DNA from: an uncultured delta proteobacterium
Lineage (GTDB): Bacteria; Myxococcota_A; Polyangia; Fen-1088
NCBI GenBank assembly: GCA_963767925.1
Contig: CAVYGB010000010.1
Location: forward strand, 1,664,001-1,728,000
Length of the DNA stretch: 64,000 nt
Reading direction: 5' to 3'
Shown here piece after piece: positions 11,066 through 21,094 of this stretch. The notes under the pieces were generated by a model. That model was not told where the DNA came from. It was given only the letters and a program-made list of their open reading frames with translations, and searched no databases. Within the stretch, counting starts at the first letter, position 1. Every line of letters starts with the position of its first letter. The position numbers and the translations under genes are program-made.

Positions 11066-11256
11066 CCCGTGGGTTGACCGTGGTCTGACCGTGGCCCGAT
11101 CGGGCAAGCGCAGCGCGTCTGTCGCCAGCCGCGGTTTCAGGCCGCCGCCGCGATCCGGATCGGCATGCCGCGCAGGGATGCGCTAGGAAGGGTGTTCCAG
11201 TTTGGTGAAATCAGCCGGCAGGGGCCCCGAACCTGGAGCGCCCTTCGCGTGTCGAA

Positions 11257-13320
11257 ATGAGGAACCCAACCATGCGCCCGAGCTGCAACCGCATCCTGAC
11301 TGCCCTCCTCGTCGTGGCGTCGCTGTCCTGCGGGGCCGAGCCGCCCGGGGCCCCCCCCGGCGAGGCCCCCGTCGTCGAGGGCTCCTGCGAGTTCGCCGAC
11401 CCCGGCGCCGCCCCCGACTTCACCCGCCGCATCGGCTGCCGGGCCGACTTCGATGCCCTGTCGTCGCAGCCGCTCGACGCCAGCATCCCGGGCGCCCGCT
11501 CGGTGAAGTTCCTGGTCGACACCCTCGACGGGGACGCCTTCTATCTCCAGAACAGCAAGAAGTACCAGGTCCACTTCGAGTTCGCGACCGCCCACCTGTC
11601 GGGCAACGGCAAGCCGCTGGTCGGGACCCTCATGAAGTTCAACCAGACCGAATATTACTCGACCACCCGCCGCTTCATCCTGGGCTCGTTGACCCACTAC
11701 GAGGGCCCGAACCTCTGGGCGGTCGAGATCGCGCCTTACGACACCGCCACCCCCGCCATGATCGACAAGGCCTTCCGCAAGGCGGCCGAGGCGACCTACT
11801 TCGGCCAGGCGCTGGTGTTTCACCCCACCTCCTCCGCGGTCGAACGGGTGGCCGGGCAGCTCCCCGCCGGCGTGCGCCTGCGCAGCACCGCGGAGATCTA
11901 CGAGCGGGTCGATTACCAGCCGCTCAACCTGGCCGAGAGCATCGGGCGCCTGCGCTTCGTGCGGTCCGCCGACCTGGCGACCAGCGAATACCTCGGCTTC
12001 CGGGACATCGTCGTTCTCGACCAGGTCCCCAACGATCTCTCGGTCACCCTCGGCATCATCACCGAGCAGTTCCAGACGCCGCTGTCGCACATCAACGTGC
12101 TGTCGCAGACCCGCAAGATCCCCAACATGGCCCTGCGCAACGCCTTCTCCGACGGGCGGCTGCGCGCCCTCGAGGGCAAGTGGGTGCGCTTCGCGGTGGC
12201 GGGCACCAGCTTCACCATCGCCGAGGCCACCCTGGCCGAGGCAGACGCCTGGTGGGAGGAGCACAAGCCCCGCCCGGTCAGCATCGCCCCCATGAACACC
12301 AGCGTGACCGGCCTGCCCGACGTGAAGACCGCCCTCGACCCGGCCCTGCCCCTGCGCGACGCCATCCGCGCCGCGGTCACCTCGCTGGGGGGCAAGGCCA
12401 CCCACTACGCGGCGATGGCCCAGGCCGACCTGGTCCCGATGCCCAGCCCGGCCGGCTTCATCATCCCGGTGGCCTATTACGCCCAGTTCCTGCAGCAGAA
12501 CGGCTTCGACAAGAAGATCGACGCCCTGCTGGCCGACCCGGTCTTCCGCGGCGACCCCAAGATGCGCGACGCCATGCTGGCCAACCTGCGCACCGAGATG
12601 GAGTGGGCCCCGGTCGACCCGGCCTTCCTGGAGATGGTGAACACCAAGCTCCAGAAGGAGTACCCCAGCACGCCGATGCGCTTCCGGTCGAGCTCGACCG
12701 CCGAGGACCTCGAGGGGTTCGCCGGGGCCGGCCTGTACACCTCGAAGACCGGCGACCTCAACGACGGCAAGCGGCTGCCCATCCGGGCCATCAAGAAGGT
12801 CTGGACCAGCGTCTGGTTCTTCCGGGGCTACGAGGAGCGGGACTACCGCAGCGTCGAGCAGCGGGCGGTCGGCATGGCCGTGCTGGTGCACCCGTCTTTC
12901 CCGGCGGAGGAGGCCAGCGGCGTCGCCGTCACCGCCAACCCGTTCGACCCCACCGGCCTGCAGCCGGGGTTCTTCATCAACGTGCAGCCCGGCGACGAGT
13001 CGGTGACCCTGCCCGGCGCCGGGGTGAAGGCGGATCAGTTCATCTACCACTACAAGATCCCCGGCCAGCCGGTGGTCTACCTCGAGCATTCGAGCCTGGT
13101 CCCCGCGGGCAGCACGGTGCTGACCCCGCGCCAGGTGTTCGACCTCGGCACCGCGCTCGACAAGATCCACGAGTTCTTCCGGCCGGCCTACGGCCCCAGC
13201 TCCAGCCGCCCGAGCGCCTGGTACGGCCTCGAGGTCGACTTCAAGTTCGACGGGCCGCCCGGCCAGGAGCCGGCGCTCTACATCAAGCAGGCCCGGCCCC
13301 ACCCCGGCCGCGGCGACTGA
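11257..13320 (+). CDS. Lipoprotein with a PEP/pyruvate-binding (PPDK/PEP synthase N-terminal-like) domain
   Basis: Lipobox-like VASLSC; GGKA, RSSSTAEDLEGFAGAGLYTS, MAVLV, SGVAVTANP, LYIKQARP. Confidence 0.85.
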   Translation: MRNPTMRPSCNRILTALLVVASLSCGAEPPGAPPGEAPVVEGSCEFADPGAAPDFTRRIGCRADFDALSSQPLDASIPGARSVKFLVDTLDGDAFYLQNSKKYQVHFEFATAHLSGNGKPLVGTLMKFNQTEYYSTTRRFILGSLTHYEGPNLWAVEIAPYDTATPAMIDKAFRKAAEATYFGQALVFHPTSSAVERVAGQLPAGVRLRSTAEIYERVDYQPLNLAESIGRLRFVRSADLATSEYLGFRDIVVLDQVPNDLSVTLGIITEQFQTPLSHINVLSQTRKIPNMALRNAFSDGRLRALEGKWVRFAVAGTSFTIAEATLAEADAWWEEHKPRPVSIAPMNTSVTGLPDVKTALDPALPLRDAIRAAVTSLGGKATHYAAMAQADLVPMPSPAGFIIPVAYYAQFLQQNGFDKKIDALLADPVFRGDPKMRDAMLANLRTEMEWAPVDPAFLEMVNTKLQKEYPSTPMRFRSSSTAEDLEGFAGAGLYTSKTGDLNDGKRLPIRAIKKVWTSVWFFRGYEERDYRSVEQRAVGMAVLVHPSFPAEEASGVAVTANPFDPTGLQPGFFINVQPGDESVTLPGAGVKADQFIYHYKIPGQPVVYLEHSSLVPAGSTVLTPRQVFDLGTALDKIHEFFRPAYGPSSSRPSAWYGLEVDFKFDGPPGQEPALYIKQARPHPGRGD

Positions 13321-13382
13321 GGCGGCGGGGTCTGGTTTCGTTCCGGTCCGGCTCACGGCGAACACGGAGGTCAGGGAGGCGC

Positions 13383-14489
13383 ATGAAGGTTCGGCACTCG
13401 ACTCGATTCTGGCTGGCGATGCCGCTGGCCCTGCTGGCGGCTGGCGGGCTCGCCGGCTGCGGCTCCTCCAGCCCCCCACCGGCGTCCGGCGGCGGCGGCA
13501 CCGGCGGGAGCGCACCGGCCCCCTCCGGCGGCAGCGGCGGCGGTGGCGGCAGCCCGGGCGGCCCCGACGCGGCGGGGCCCGACGCCCCGACCGCCGCGGG
13601 ACCGCTGACCACCTACCGGACCTGCAAAGACGGCGAGCGGGTGGGCGACTTCGAGCTCGCGCTCAACGACATGTTGCCCGACGTGGCCCCCTTCACCGGC
13701 CTGTCGCCCACCACCGTGTTCGACTGGGTCACGTCGGCCAGCGTCCCCGAGGTGGCGCGGGAGATGGGTGGCTGCCGGATCGTGCGCCCGCCGCGGGCGA
13801 TGCCCCCCTGCAGCCCCGAGTGCCCCCCGGACAAGCGCGTCTGCACGCCCGGCGGCTGCCGGGCCGACCCGATCGGGATCGACGTGGGCAACGTGGCGAT
13901 CGAGGGGCTGAAGGTCGCGGGCACGCTCAGCAAGCGCGACGACTTCGTCTACACCAACCCGAGCTGGCCCCACCCGGCCTTCGACGAGGGGGCCGACCTG
14001 GTGCTGCGGGCCAGCGGCGCCGGCGCCACAGCGCCCTTCACCCTGCGGGGCTGGGGGGTTGGCTCGCTGTCCGCCCCGAAGGACAAGCTGCTGGTCGAGA
14101 ACGGCAAGCCCGTCACCTTGACCTGGACCCCGCCGGCGCGGCCCGGCCCCACCCGGGTGTTGATCAGCTTCTCCATCAACCGCCACGGGTCGGTGGACGC
14201 CTCGCTCGAGTGCGAGGTGCCCGACACCGGCTCGCACACCATCGACGCCGCCACCGTCAGCGAGCTGTTCCGCTTCGACATCTCGGGCTACCCGAGCGTC
14301 GATCTGAAACGGCAGAGCTCGGACACCGCGACCATCGCCGCCGGCTGCGTGGAGTTCAACGTCTCGGCGGCCGTGAACCGGGAGATCACGATCCCCGGGC
14401 TGGTGAGCTGCCCTGGCGATCCCGAGCCCGGCCAGCCCAACCCTTGCCCCCAGGGCCAGAGCTGCGGCGTCGACCTGCGCTGCCAGTGA
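13383..14489 (+). CDS. Hypothetical Cys-containing lipoprotein
   Basis: GGGAGG SD; signal ending LAGC; Gly/Ser/Pro linker; paired Cys; probably co-transcribed with the upstream gene. Confidence 0.8.
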   Translation: MKVRHSTRFWLAMPLALLAAGGLAGCGSSSPPPASGGGGTGGSAPAPSGGSGGGGGSPGGPDAAGPDAPTAAGPLTTYRTCKDGERVGDFELALNDMLPDVAPFTGLSPTTVFDWVTSASVPEVAREMGGCRIVRPPRAMPPCSPECPPDKRVCTPGGCRADPIGIDVGNVAIEGLKVAGTLSKRDDFVYTNPSWPHPAFDEGADLVLRASGAGATAPFTLRGWGVGSLSAPKDKLLVENGKPVTLTWTPPARPGPTRVLISFSINRHGSVDASLECEVPDTGSHTIDAATVSELFRFDISGYPSVDLKRQSSDTATIAAGCVEFNVSAAVNREITIPGLVSCPGDPEPGQPNPCPQGQSCGVDLRCQ

Positions 14490-14495
14490 GCGCGG

Positions 14496-15005
14496 TCAGG
14501 CCTCCTCGGACCGGGGCGTGCCGGCGAGGAGCGCGCACAGGCGATCGATCAGCGGGCGCTGGGCGGGGTTGATCTTGGCCAGGGCGGCGGGCACGTCGAA
14601 GAACTCGGCCCGGTCCACCTCGGGGAAGCGCTGCAGGCGGCCCGAGCGGGGCGGCCACTCGACCCGGAAGGCGTTGCTGGCCAGGACGTAGTCCGGGGGC
14701 AGGTCCCCCTCGAAGGCCCAGGCGTGGACGGTCTTTCCGCTCTTCTGCTTGATCTCGCCGAGCGGCAGCAGCGGACCGCCCACCGGCAGGCCCGTCTCCT
14801 CCTGGAACTCGCGCACCGCCGCGGCCTGCAGCTCCTCGTCGGGCGCGGGCCGTCCCTTGGGGATGGTCCAGGCGCCCTCGTCGCGGCGGCGGAAGAACGG
14901 CCCCCCCGGGTGCGCGAGCAAGATCTGGGGCGCGCCGTCCGGCCCGAGCCGGTACATGAGCAAGCCGGCACTCACGTTGCCCGAGGCACTGAACCGATGC
15001 GCCAT
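14496..15005 (-). CDS. NUDIX hydrolase
   Basis: SAGLLMYR..LLAHPGGPF..GAWTIPKG..E..AAVREFQEETG (Nudix box)..EWPPRSGR..FPEVDRA. Confidence 0.9.
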   Translation of the reverse strand: MAHRFSASGNVSAGLLMYRLGPDGAPQILLAHPGGPFFRRRDEGAWTIPKGRPAPDEELQAAAVREFQEETGLPVGGPLLPLGEIKQKSGKTVHAWAFEGDLPPDYVLASNAFRVEWPPRSGRLQRFPEVDRAEFFDVPAALAKINPAQRPLIDRLCALLAGTPRSEEA

Positions 15006-15283
15006 CCCCCTCGACGTTGACCCGTCCGAGCGATCCAAGCAACCCGCTCGTCACGACGTTACGGGGATCTTACTTATCCGGGGCCCGGTGTCGCCCCTGA
15101 ATCGAGTCGGCGCGATCGTGCGACCTGCACCCACCGGTCGGCTGACCCACCGCCGGTGTGGGTCCCTCTGGATGCGCCCAAACGAATTCGCCGCGAACAA
15201 CGCGGCCCGAACCGGCCATTTTGCCGAGGTTTGCGGACATCGTCACCGTCGCCGGTGATATAGCTGCGGCGGAGTCTCCGTCG

Positions 15284-16219
15284 ATGCAGCACCCGCGCGC
15301 GACCACCCTCGTGACGATCGCCTGGCTGGCCGGTGCTTGCGCCCCCCAGTCGGTGGTGCGCGAGCCGGTCGAGCTGGACGGCGGCGCGGTGGCGCCGGTG
15401 CCGGGGCAGAGGCCGGGAGAGAGAGCAGACGGGCCGCCCGCCCGCCTGGACGCCTGGCCGTCGGATGCGCCGGGCGCGATCCCCCGGGACGCCGCGCTCC
15501 GCCCGCCCGACGCCCCCGCCCCGCCCGACGGCGGCGGCGGCGGCGCCATCGATCCACCGGTGCCACCGGTGCGCACGCCCGACGCCGCGGTGGGGGCGCC
15601 GGCCGGCCCGCTCGCGCTCCTCGTGGTCGGGTCCGTCGATCCGCTTGGCACCGACGATGCCCAGCTCAGGAGCCGGCTCGAGAGCAGCGGCCTGCGGGTG
15701 CGGCTGGCCGCCGACAGCGGCCCGGCCAGCCAGGCCGCGGGGGCCAACCTGGTGGTCATCTCCGGCACCACCCTGGGCGGCAACGTCGCCGGCAAATACA
15801 CCGCCCTGCCCATCCCGCTGGTCTGCCTCGAACCGGCGGTCATGGCGCCGATGCGGCTCACCGGCGCGGACGACAACGGCCAGGGCAACGCCACCGGCAG
15901 CCAGGTCACCATCACGGCCGCGCAGCACCCCCTGGCCGCCGGGCTGAGCGGGACGGTCACGGTGACCGCCACCGCGGTCAACTTCGGCTGGGGCCTGCCC
16001 GCCGAGAGCGCCACCCGCGTCGCCCACCTGGCAGGGATGGCCAACCGCTGGGCCATCTTCAGCTACGAGCGGGGCGCGATGCTGGTCGGCGCGCCGGCCA
16101 CCCCCGCCCCCGCCCGGCGGGTCGGCCTCTTCGTCCACACCATGGTCGCCGACCGCCTCACCCCCGCCGGCTGGGAGCTCTTCGACGCCGCCGTCGCCTG
16201 GGCCCTCGCCGCCCGCTGA
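15284..16219 (+). CDS. Hypothetical lipoprotein with Pro-rich linker and C-terminal globular domain
   Basis: Signal ending LAGAC; PDA-rich linker; C-terminal alpha/beta domain (ALLVVG...HPLAAGLSGTVTV...RRVGLF...LFDAAVAWA). Confidence 0.75.
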   Translation: MQHPRATTLVTIAWLAGACAPQSVVREPVELDGGAVAPVPGQRPGERADGPPARLDAWPSDAPGAIPRDAALRPPDAPAPPDGGGGGAIDPPVPPVRTPDAAVGAPAGPLALLVVGSVDPLGTDDAQLRSRLESSGLRVRLAADSGPASQAAGANLVVISGTTLGGNVAGKYTALPIPLVCLEPAVMAPMRLTGADDNGQGNATGSQVTITAAQHPLAAGLSGTVTVTATAVNFGWGLPAESATRVAHLAGMANRWAIFSYERGAMLVGAPATPAPARRVGLFVHTMVADRLTPAGWELFDAAVAWALAAR

Positions 16220-16267
16220 CCGCCCGCCGCCGGAGGCCACGGTTCAGGCAGTCAACCCGCTACTACC

Positions 16268-16324
16268 TGTTTGCCCTCTCCCCGCGGCCGTCTGCGGCCG
16301 TGGGGAGAGGGTGAGGGTGAGGGG
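16268..16324 (-). repeat. REP-like palindromic element, CCCCTCACCC...CTCTCCCC...GGGGAGAGGG family (copy 1)
   Basis: ccctctccccgcggccg-tctg-cggccgtggggagaggg hairpin; reverse complement resembles 54377-54426 and 62557-62602. Confidence 0.8.
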
Positions 16325-16432
16325 CGGTTGCCACGCCGGAGGCCCCTCACCCGGCGCGCAGACGCGCCGACCTCTCCCCACGGCAGACCGCGGGGCGAGG
16401 TGATGGGAGGTGATTTCCCGGCGCCCTGTGAA

Positions 16433-16515
16433 GAGGGGATGGAGGGGATGGAGGGATGGAGGGGATGGAGGGGATGGAGGGGATGGAGGGGATGGAGGGG
16501 ATGGAGGGGATGGAG
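16433..16515 (+). repeat. Tandem 9-mer repeat (GAGGGGATG) x9
   Basis: Read directly; the third unit lacks one G. Confidence 0.95.
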
Positions 16516-16763
16516 TGACGTAACTCCCGCGTGGGGCGCGCGACGATGTGCCTTCTCGCGCTGGCTGTGAGGCAACTCGCGCGCGGGGTGTCGGTTCGTC
16601 TCCGGCCGTGCGGGTTGCTGTACGATTCTCCGCCACGCCGAGCCACCTCTGCTACCATGCGCGGCACGTCTACGCGACGTATCTAGACGCCCGCCGCGGT
16701 CCGCTCACGCCCCCCCTGAGAGCCCGCGGCCGAGGCTGTGACACCACGCGATCGGAGGAGGCG

Positions 16764-19243
16764 ATGTCTTTGTCCAGTGGCTTTTCCATCCATTCCACGC
16801 GCCACCTGGCGGTGGCTGCGTTGTTCCTGCTGGCCTCGGGACCGCTGTCGGGCTGTGGTGATTCACAGGTCGCCAACCGGCCGCAGACCACCGTCCAGCG
16901 CGACGCCGGCCCCCGGCCCGGCGGCCAGGGCGGGGGCAACCCCAGCGGCGTCGGTGGCTCGGGCGGATCCGGCGGATCCGGCGGATCCGTGAGCGCGCCC
17001 GGCGGCTCGGGAGACGGCGGCGGCGTGGCCGACGTCGGCGAGCCCGAGATCGACGCCCCCCCGGCCCCGCCGGCGCCCCCCGAGGGGGATGCCGGCCTCG
17101 TCCCCGATGCGCCCCCCGAGCCTGTCGAGCCCCCGCCTCCCCCCCCACCCCCCGCCTGCGTGGTGAACATGCCCTGCGACGTGATGGGTGGCGGCCAGGG
17201 CCTGTGCCGGGCCCCGACCTGTGCCGCCTGTAACGGGGCGGCCGACGACGCCGCCTGCGCCCGGACCTACGGTCCCAACACCATCTGCGCGATGGGCCGC
17301 TGCGTGACCCAGAACTGCGCCACCTCCCGCAACTGCTCGGCCGGCCAGCTCTGCGAGTCGACCGCCCGGCTCTGTCAGGCCTGCAGCGCCGACGGCCAGT
17401 GCAAGGCCGACCCGGTCTACGGGATGAACTTCATCTGCCTCAACGGCCGCTGCATCGACGGCGACTGCCGCGACTCCACTCAGTGCGCCCCCGGCAAGGT
17501 CTGTGGCGTCGCCATGCCGAACAACTGCGGCAACTGCGCCAACAACAACCAGTGCGCGGCCGACCCCCGCTACCGGGACCACGTCTGCGTGATGGGCTCC
17601 TGCGTGCCGGGCGATTGCCTCAACAGCACCCAGTGCAACGCCGCCAAGGACGGCCTGCTGTGCGGGGCCCAGATGCCCAACCGCTGCGGCACCTGCACCG
17701 CCAACGCCCAGTGCATGGCCGACGCCAAGTACCGCAACTCGCAGCGCACCACCTGCTTTCTGGGGGAGGGCCCCGACAAGGGCAAGTGCGTGAGCAACGC
17801 CTGCATGGCGGTCAACCAGCGCTGCCCCCAGAACCCGGCCACCTTCTGCTGCGCCAACGGCAACCAGCGGGCCTGCGTGACCGGTGACTGCTGCGACAGC
17901 ACCCAGTGCGGCGGCGGCCAGATCTGCGTGGCCAACACGTGCACCGCCGCCGGCCTGGGCTGCGACGGCCCCATGGGCAACCAGATCGTCGTCGACCCGG
18001 TGGGCGGCCTCGACACAAGCACCGGCAGCGGCCGGGGCGGCGGCGCCGCGCGGGCCGACTGCGCGTTCCGCACCTTGACCCGGGCCCTGGCGGCCGCCCG
18101 CACCGGCGTCATCAACAACGGCACCATCACCATCGTGGGCCGCGGCGCCATGACCGAGCTGAAGACCGTGGGTGGCAGCGCCGCCGAGCCGGTCGAGGCT
18201 CTGCCGATCGCCGTCCCGGGGGGGGTTCGGATCACGACCGCCGGCGGCCCGATCCTGCTGCGCCTGACCCGGGCCAACACCGCCGGCTTCCGCATCGAGG
18301 GGGCCGCCGCCCTCGAGCCGGCCGGCAACGCCGCCCTCACCATCGACGGCGTCGGCAAGACCGGCGGCGCGGGCATCGAGGTGGTCAACGCCGGCAACAG
18401 CGAGCTGCGCCTGCAGAACCTCATCATCAAGGACACCGGGGACCACGGCATCAAGGTCGACTCGGCGGGGACCAACGTCCGCATCCTCCAGAACGTCCTC
18501 GTGAGCGGCGCGGGCAACGCCGGCGCGGTGGCCACCCGCCGCAGCGGCCTGCTGATCGCGGCCGGGCGGGCGACCATCGACCTGCAGGGCAACCAGCCCC
18601 CCACCGCCTTCACCGGCAACACCGGGGCGGGCATCAGCATCACCGGCGGGGGCGGCCTGGAGGTCCTCGGCAACCCGGCGAACAACGCCCGCAGCGGCCA
18701 GGGCACGGTTGTCGTGCGCGACAACAACGCGGTCGGCGAGCAACCGGCCGGCATCTTCATCGCCCAGAACGCCAACGCCAACGCGGTCCGGCTCACGGGC
18801 ATCGTGATCTTCGGGCAGGCCCAGGGGGCAGGCATCAAGGTGGTCAGCGGGTCGAACCTGCGGCTGCGCAACAGCGTGGTGCTCAACAACGGCACGGGCG
18901 TGCTGCTCGCGGGGGCCAACGGGGCGCAGGACTTCACCCGGGTCGACCTCGGGGCGCTGGGCGAGCCGGGGGAAACGTCCTCCAGGATCGCGGGGGCGGG
19001 TCGGTGCCGAATCGGAGCGGTGGGATCTGCTTCGAAGAGCTGGGGAATGCGCCGATCGCGGTGCCGATCCGGGCGCAGGGGAATCGGTTCGCCAATAATG
19101 CAAACTGTGCGCAGATGGCGGCGCAGCTCGTGGTGAACCCGGTTTGCCAGGGGGGCGTCGACCTCGGACTGCCGGCGAACGTTCAGGTCGACACGGCGAT
19201 GTGCGTGCAGATGGCCCCGCCGGCACCCCCGGCCGCGCTCTGA
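16764..19243 (+). CDS. Large lipoprotein with Cys-rich repeats and a C-terminal right-handed beta-helix-like region (frameshift near 18970)
   Basis: GGAGGAGG SD; signal ending LSGC; repeated C-x(4-5)-QC...C modules; FRTLTRAL then GIxI/Asn-rich beta-helix pattern; C-terminus continues in another frame after a G run. Confidence 0.8.
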
Positions 19244-19407
19244 TCGATCGCCGGGTCTGTCGGGGGACCCATCCGGTCCCTCGACAGACGTCGGCGACTT
19301 CGTCAGGCTCGTTCCGTTCCCGATTTCCGGCCGCGGGAGGCCCGCCGCGCTACCCCACCAGCTCTAGCTGCAGTTTGTCGGGAGATTCGGGCGCTTTTCC
19401 CGGTGCT

Positions 19408-19610
19408 GTCGGGTAGCCCGGGGCAGTTACCCACCCCGGGCCCCCACCGGAACCGGACAAGGAGATTTCCACCATCCGGCTCTTCCGCCGAGACGTCTCA
19501 CGTCAGCTTTGCCCAGAGCTGAACTTTCAGCCGTGGGCGCGGCAGCGGGAATGCTCGAAGAAGGTCCCCGAAGCGCTGCCAGTTCAGGCGCGTGCGGTTG
19601 CTCCGGCTGC
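19408..19610 (-). mobile_element. 3' remnant of a group II intron: maturase C-terminus, domain V and domain VI
   Basis: Minus strand: ...SRSNRTRLNWQRFGDLLRAFPLPRPRLKVQLWAKLT* (stop 19498-19500), then DV GAGCCGGATGGTGGGAAATCTCCTTGTCCGGTTC (19483-19450; AGC triad, GAAA loop) and a DVI hairpin ending ...GGGCTACCCGAC at 19408. Confidence 0.88.
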
Positions 19611-19780
19611 GCGACCCTGCGCACCATCTACACCGCCGCCAACGTCGCCGATGCCCTGACCGCCCTCGACGCCTTCGAGGCCCTCTGGGGCCGCCGCTTC
19701 CCCATGATCGGGAAGTCCTGGCGAGCCCGCTGGAGCGAAGGCTCCCCCTTCCTCGACTACCCGCCGGAGATTCGCAAGGC
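19611..19780 (+). mobile_element. IS256-family transposase internal fragment
   Basis: LRTIYTAANVADALTALDAFEALWGRRFPMIGKSWRARW...FLDYPPEIRK, typical of IS256/mutator transposases; truncated on both sides. Confidence 0.85.
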
Positions 19781-19783
19781 TAA

Positions 19784-20185
19784 GAGTGAGCCGCTGAAAC
19801 CTGTGAATTACGCACGAGAGGCAGCGTTGAAGGCAATCAGCGCACAGGCGAGCCGAACGAAGGCTAAGTAATTCTCGGCTTTGCGTTCCCAGCGGATGAG
19901 AAGACCTCGATATCGGTTGTGCCAGCTGTTGGTGCGCTCGACCACCCAGCGTCGCGGCCTACCGTGAACACAGCCGACCAGTGGTGGTTCGCCTCGCCGG
20001 CGGATGTGAGGAACGATTCGACGGCGGCGAACCTCCTGCTCACAGTCGGCGTAGTCGTAGCCTTTGTCGAGGCACAAGTTCTTGGGGCGACGTGGACCAC
20101 GAGGGCCCCGCAGGACCAGGGCATCCAGGGTCTGGCCCACCATCCACTTGTCGTGCACGTTCGCCCCTGTGATGGTGACGGTTTC
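19784..20185 (-). mobile_element. IS5-family transposase C-terminal fragment with probable element end
   Basis: ITGANVHD...LCLDKGYD...RWVVERTNSWHNRYRGLLIRWERKAENYLAFVRLAC (DDE); ORF stop at 19808; N-terminus missing. Confidence 0.85.
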
Positions 20186-21094
20186 GTGTCCGTGTGTGGT
20201 GAGCGTGTTCGGCCCGCGGGCCTCGGCTCGCGTGATTTACGCGCACCGAGAGCCGCCTGGCCGCTCAACGCTCGCCCCACACGAACTCGAACACGAACAC
20301 GCGCTCGAACACGCCCACGAGCACGCGTCCCGGCCTCGATACCTCGTTTCGCCCATCGGCGCAAATTCTCCACAGGTTTCAGCGGCTGGCTCTATGTCGG
20401 CCTGGCCGGAAACTCGCCGCTTTACAGAGATATCGTTCCAGGTGATGCCAATTCGACGATCGCCGCCATGATCAAAGACCGCCAGCGGCGCGCGGATATC
20501 ATTGTCAACCGCGGTGGTCGATGACTCAATATTCCACCTGCAATCTTGGCTGCATGGCCCAGGACGCTATCCCCGTGAGCCGCGTTCTTCTGGCAATGGC
20601 GTTCGCGACGCTATTTGGCGTCTCTGGGTACTGGGTGGGCGGAGACGGTGGGCCTTCGAATGGAGACGAGGCGGCAGCTCTGGCCGCATCTAGCGCCGTC
20701 GACACGGGTTCCTTATCGCCACGGCATTTGCGCCAAAGGCGGGACCACAATCACCATTTCCTGTCGCCCGCGGCGCCTGGCGCTATCGAATTGCCTAGAC
20801 TCGGGTCACTGAGTTCCAGGTAAGTGTCCACGTCCGCATCCATTCAGGGCTATTTTTGATCTCGGGCATTTCAGACATTCAAGTTCGCCGTGGCGCGCCG
20901 ATTGACTCGAGAGCGAGTCGTTGCATCTCCGATCTCTTCGCCCGCCCGATCGAGATCGCCAAAACGATTCCGCCTGGTGCCAATCCAGGAAAAGCTTCAG
21001 GCGCTGTGCCGTTGAGATCGTGGGCTCGTTTGGACGGTACCGACGGGACGGTAGCGGCCATCGTAAAGTTCACGGACAAGCCCGACTGTGCGCA

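Noticed and set aside
16244..16667. ORFs with PPS/HPL/IPS/WRG repeats
   Set aside because: These are translations of the non-coding 9-mer tandem repeat in different frames.
20279..20327. CACGAA/CTCGAA hexamer run (also GGGAAC run at 22740-22760)
   Set aside because: Short low-complexity repeats with no associated gene or structure that I can support.
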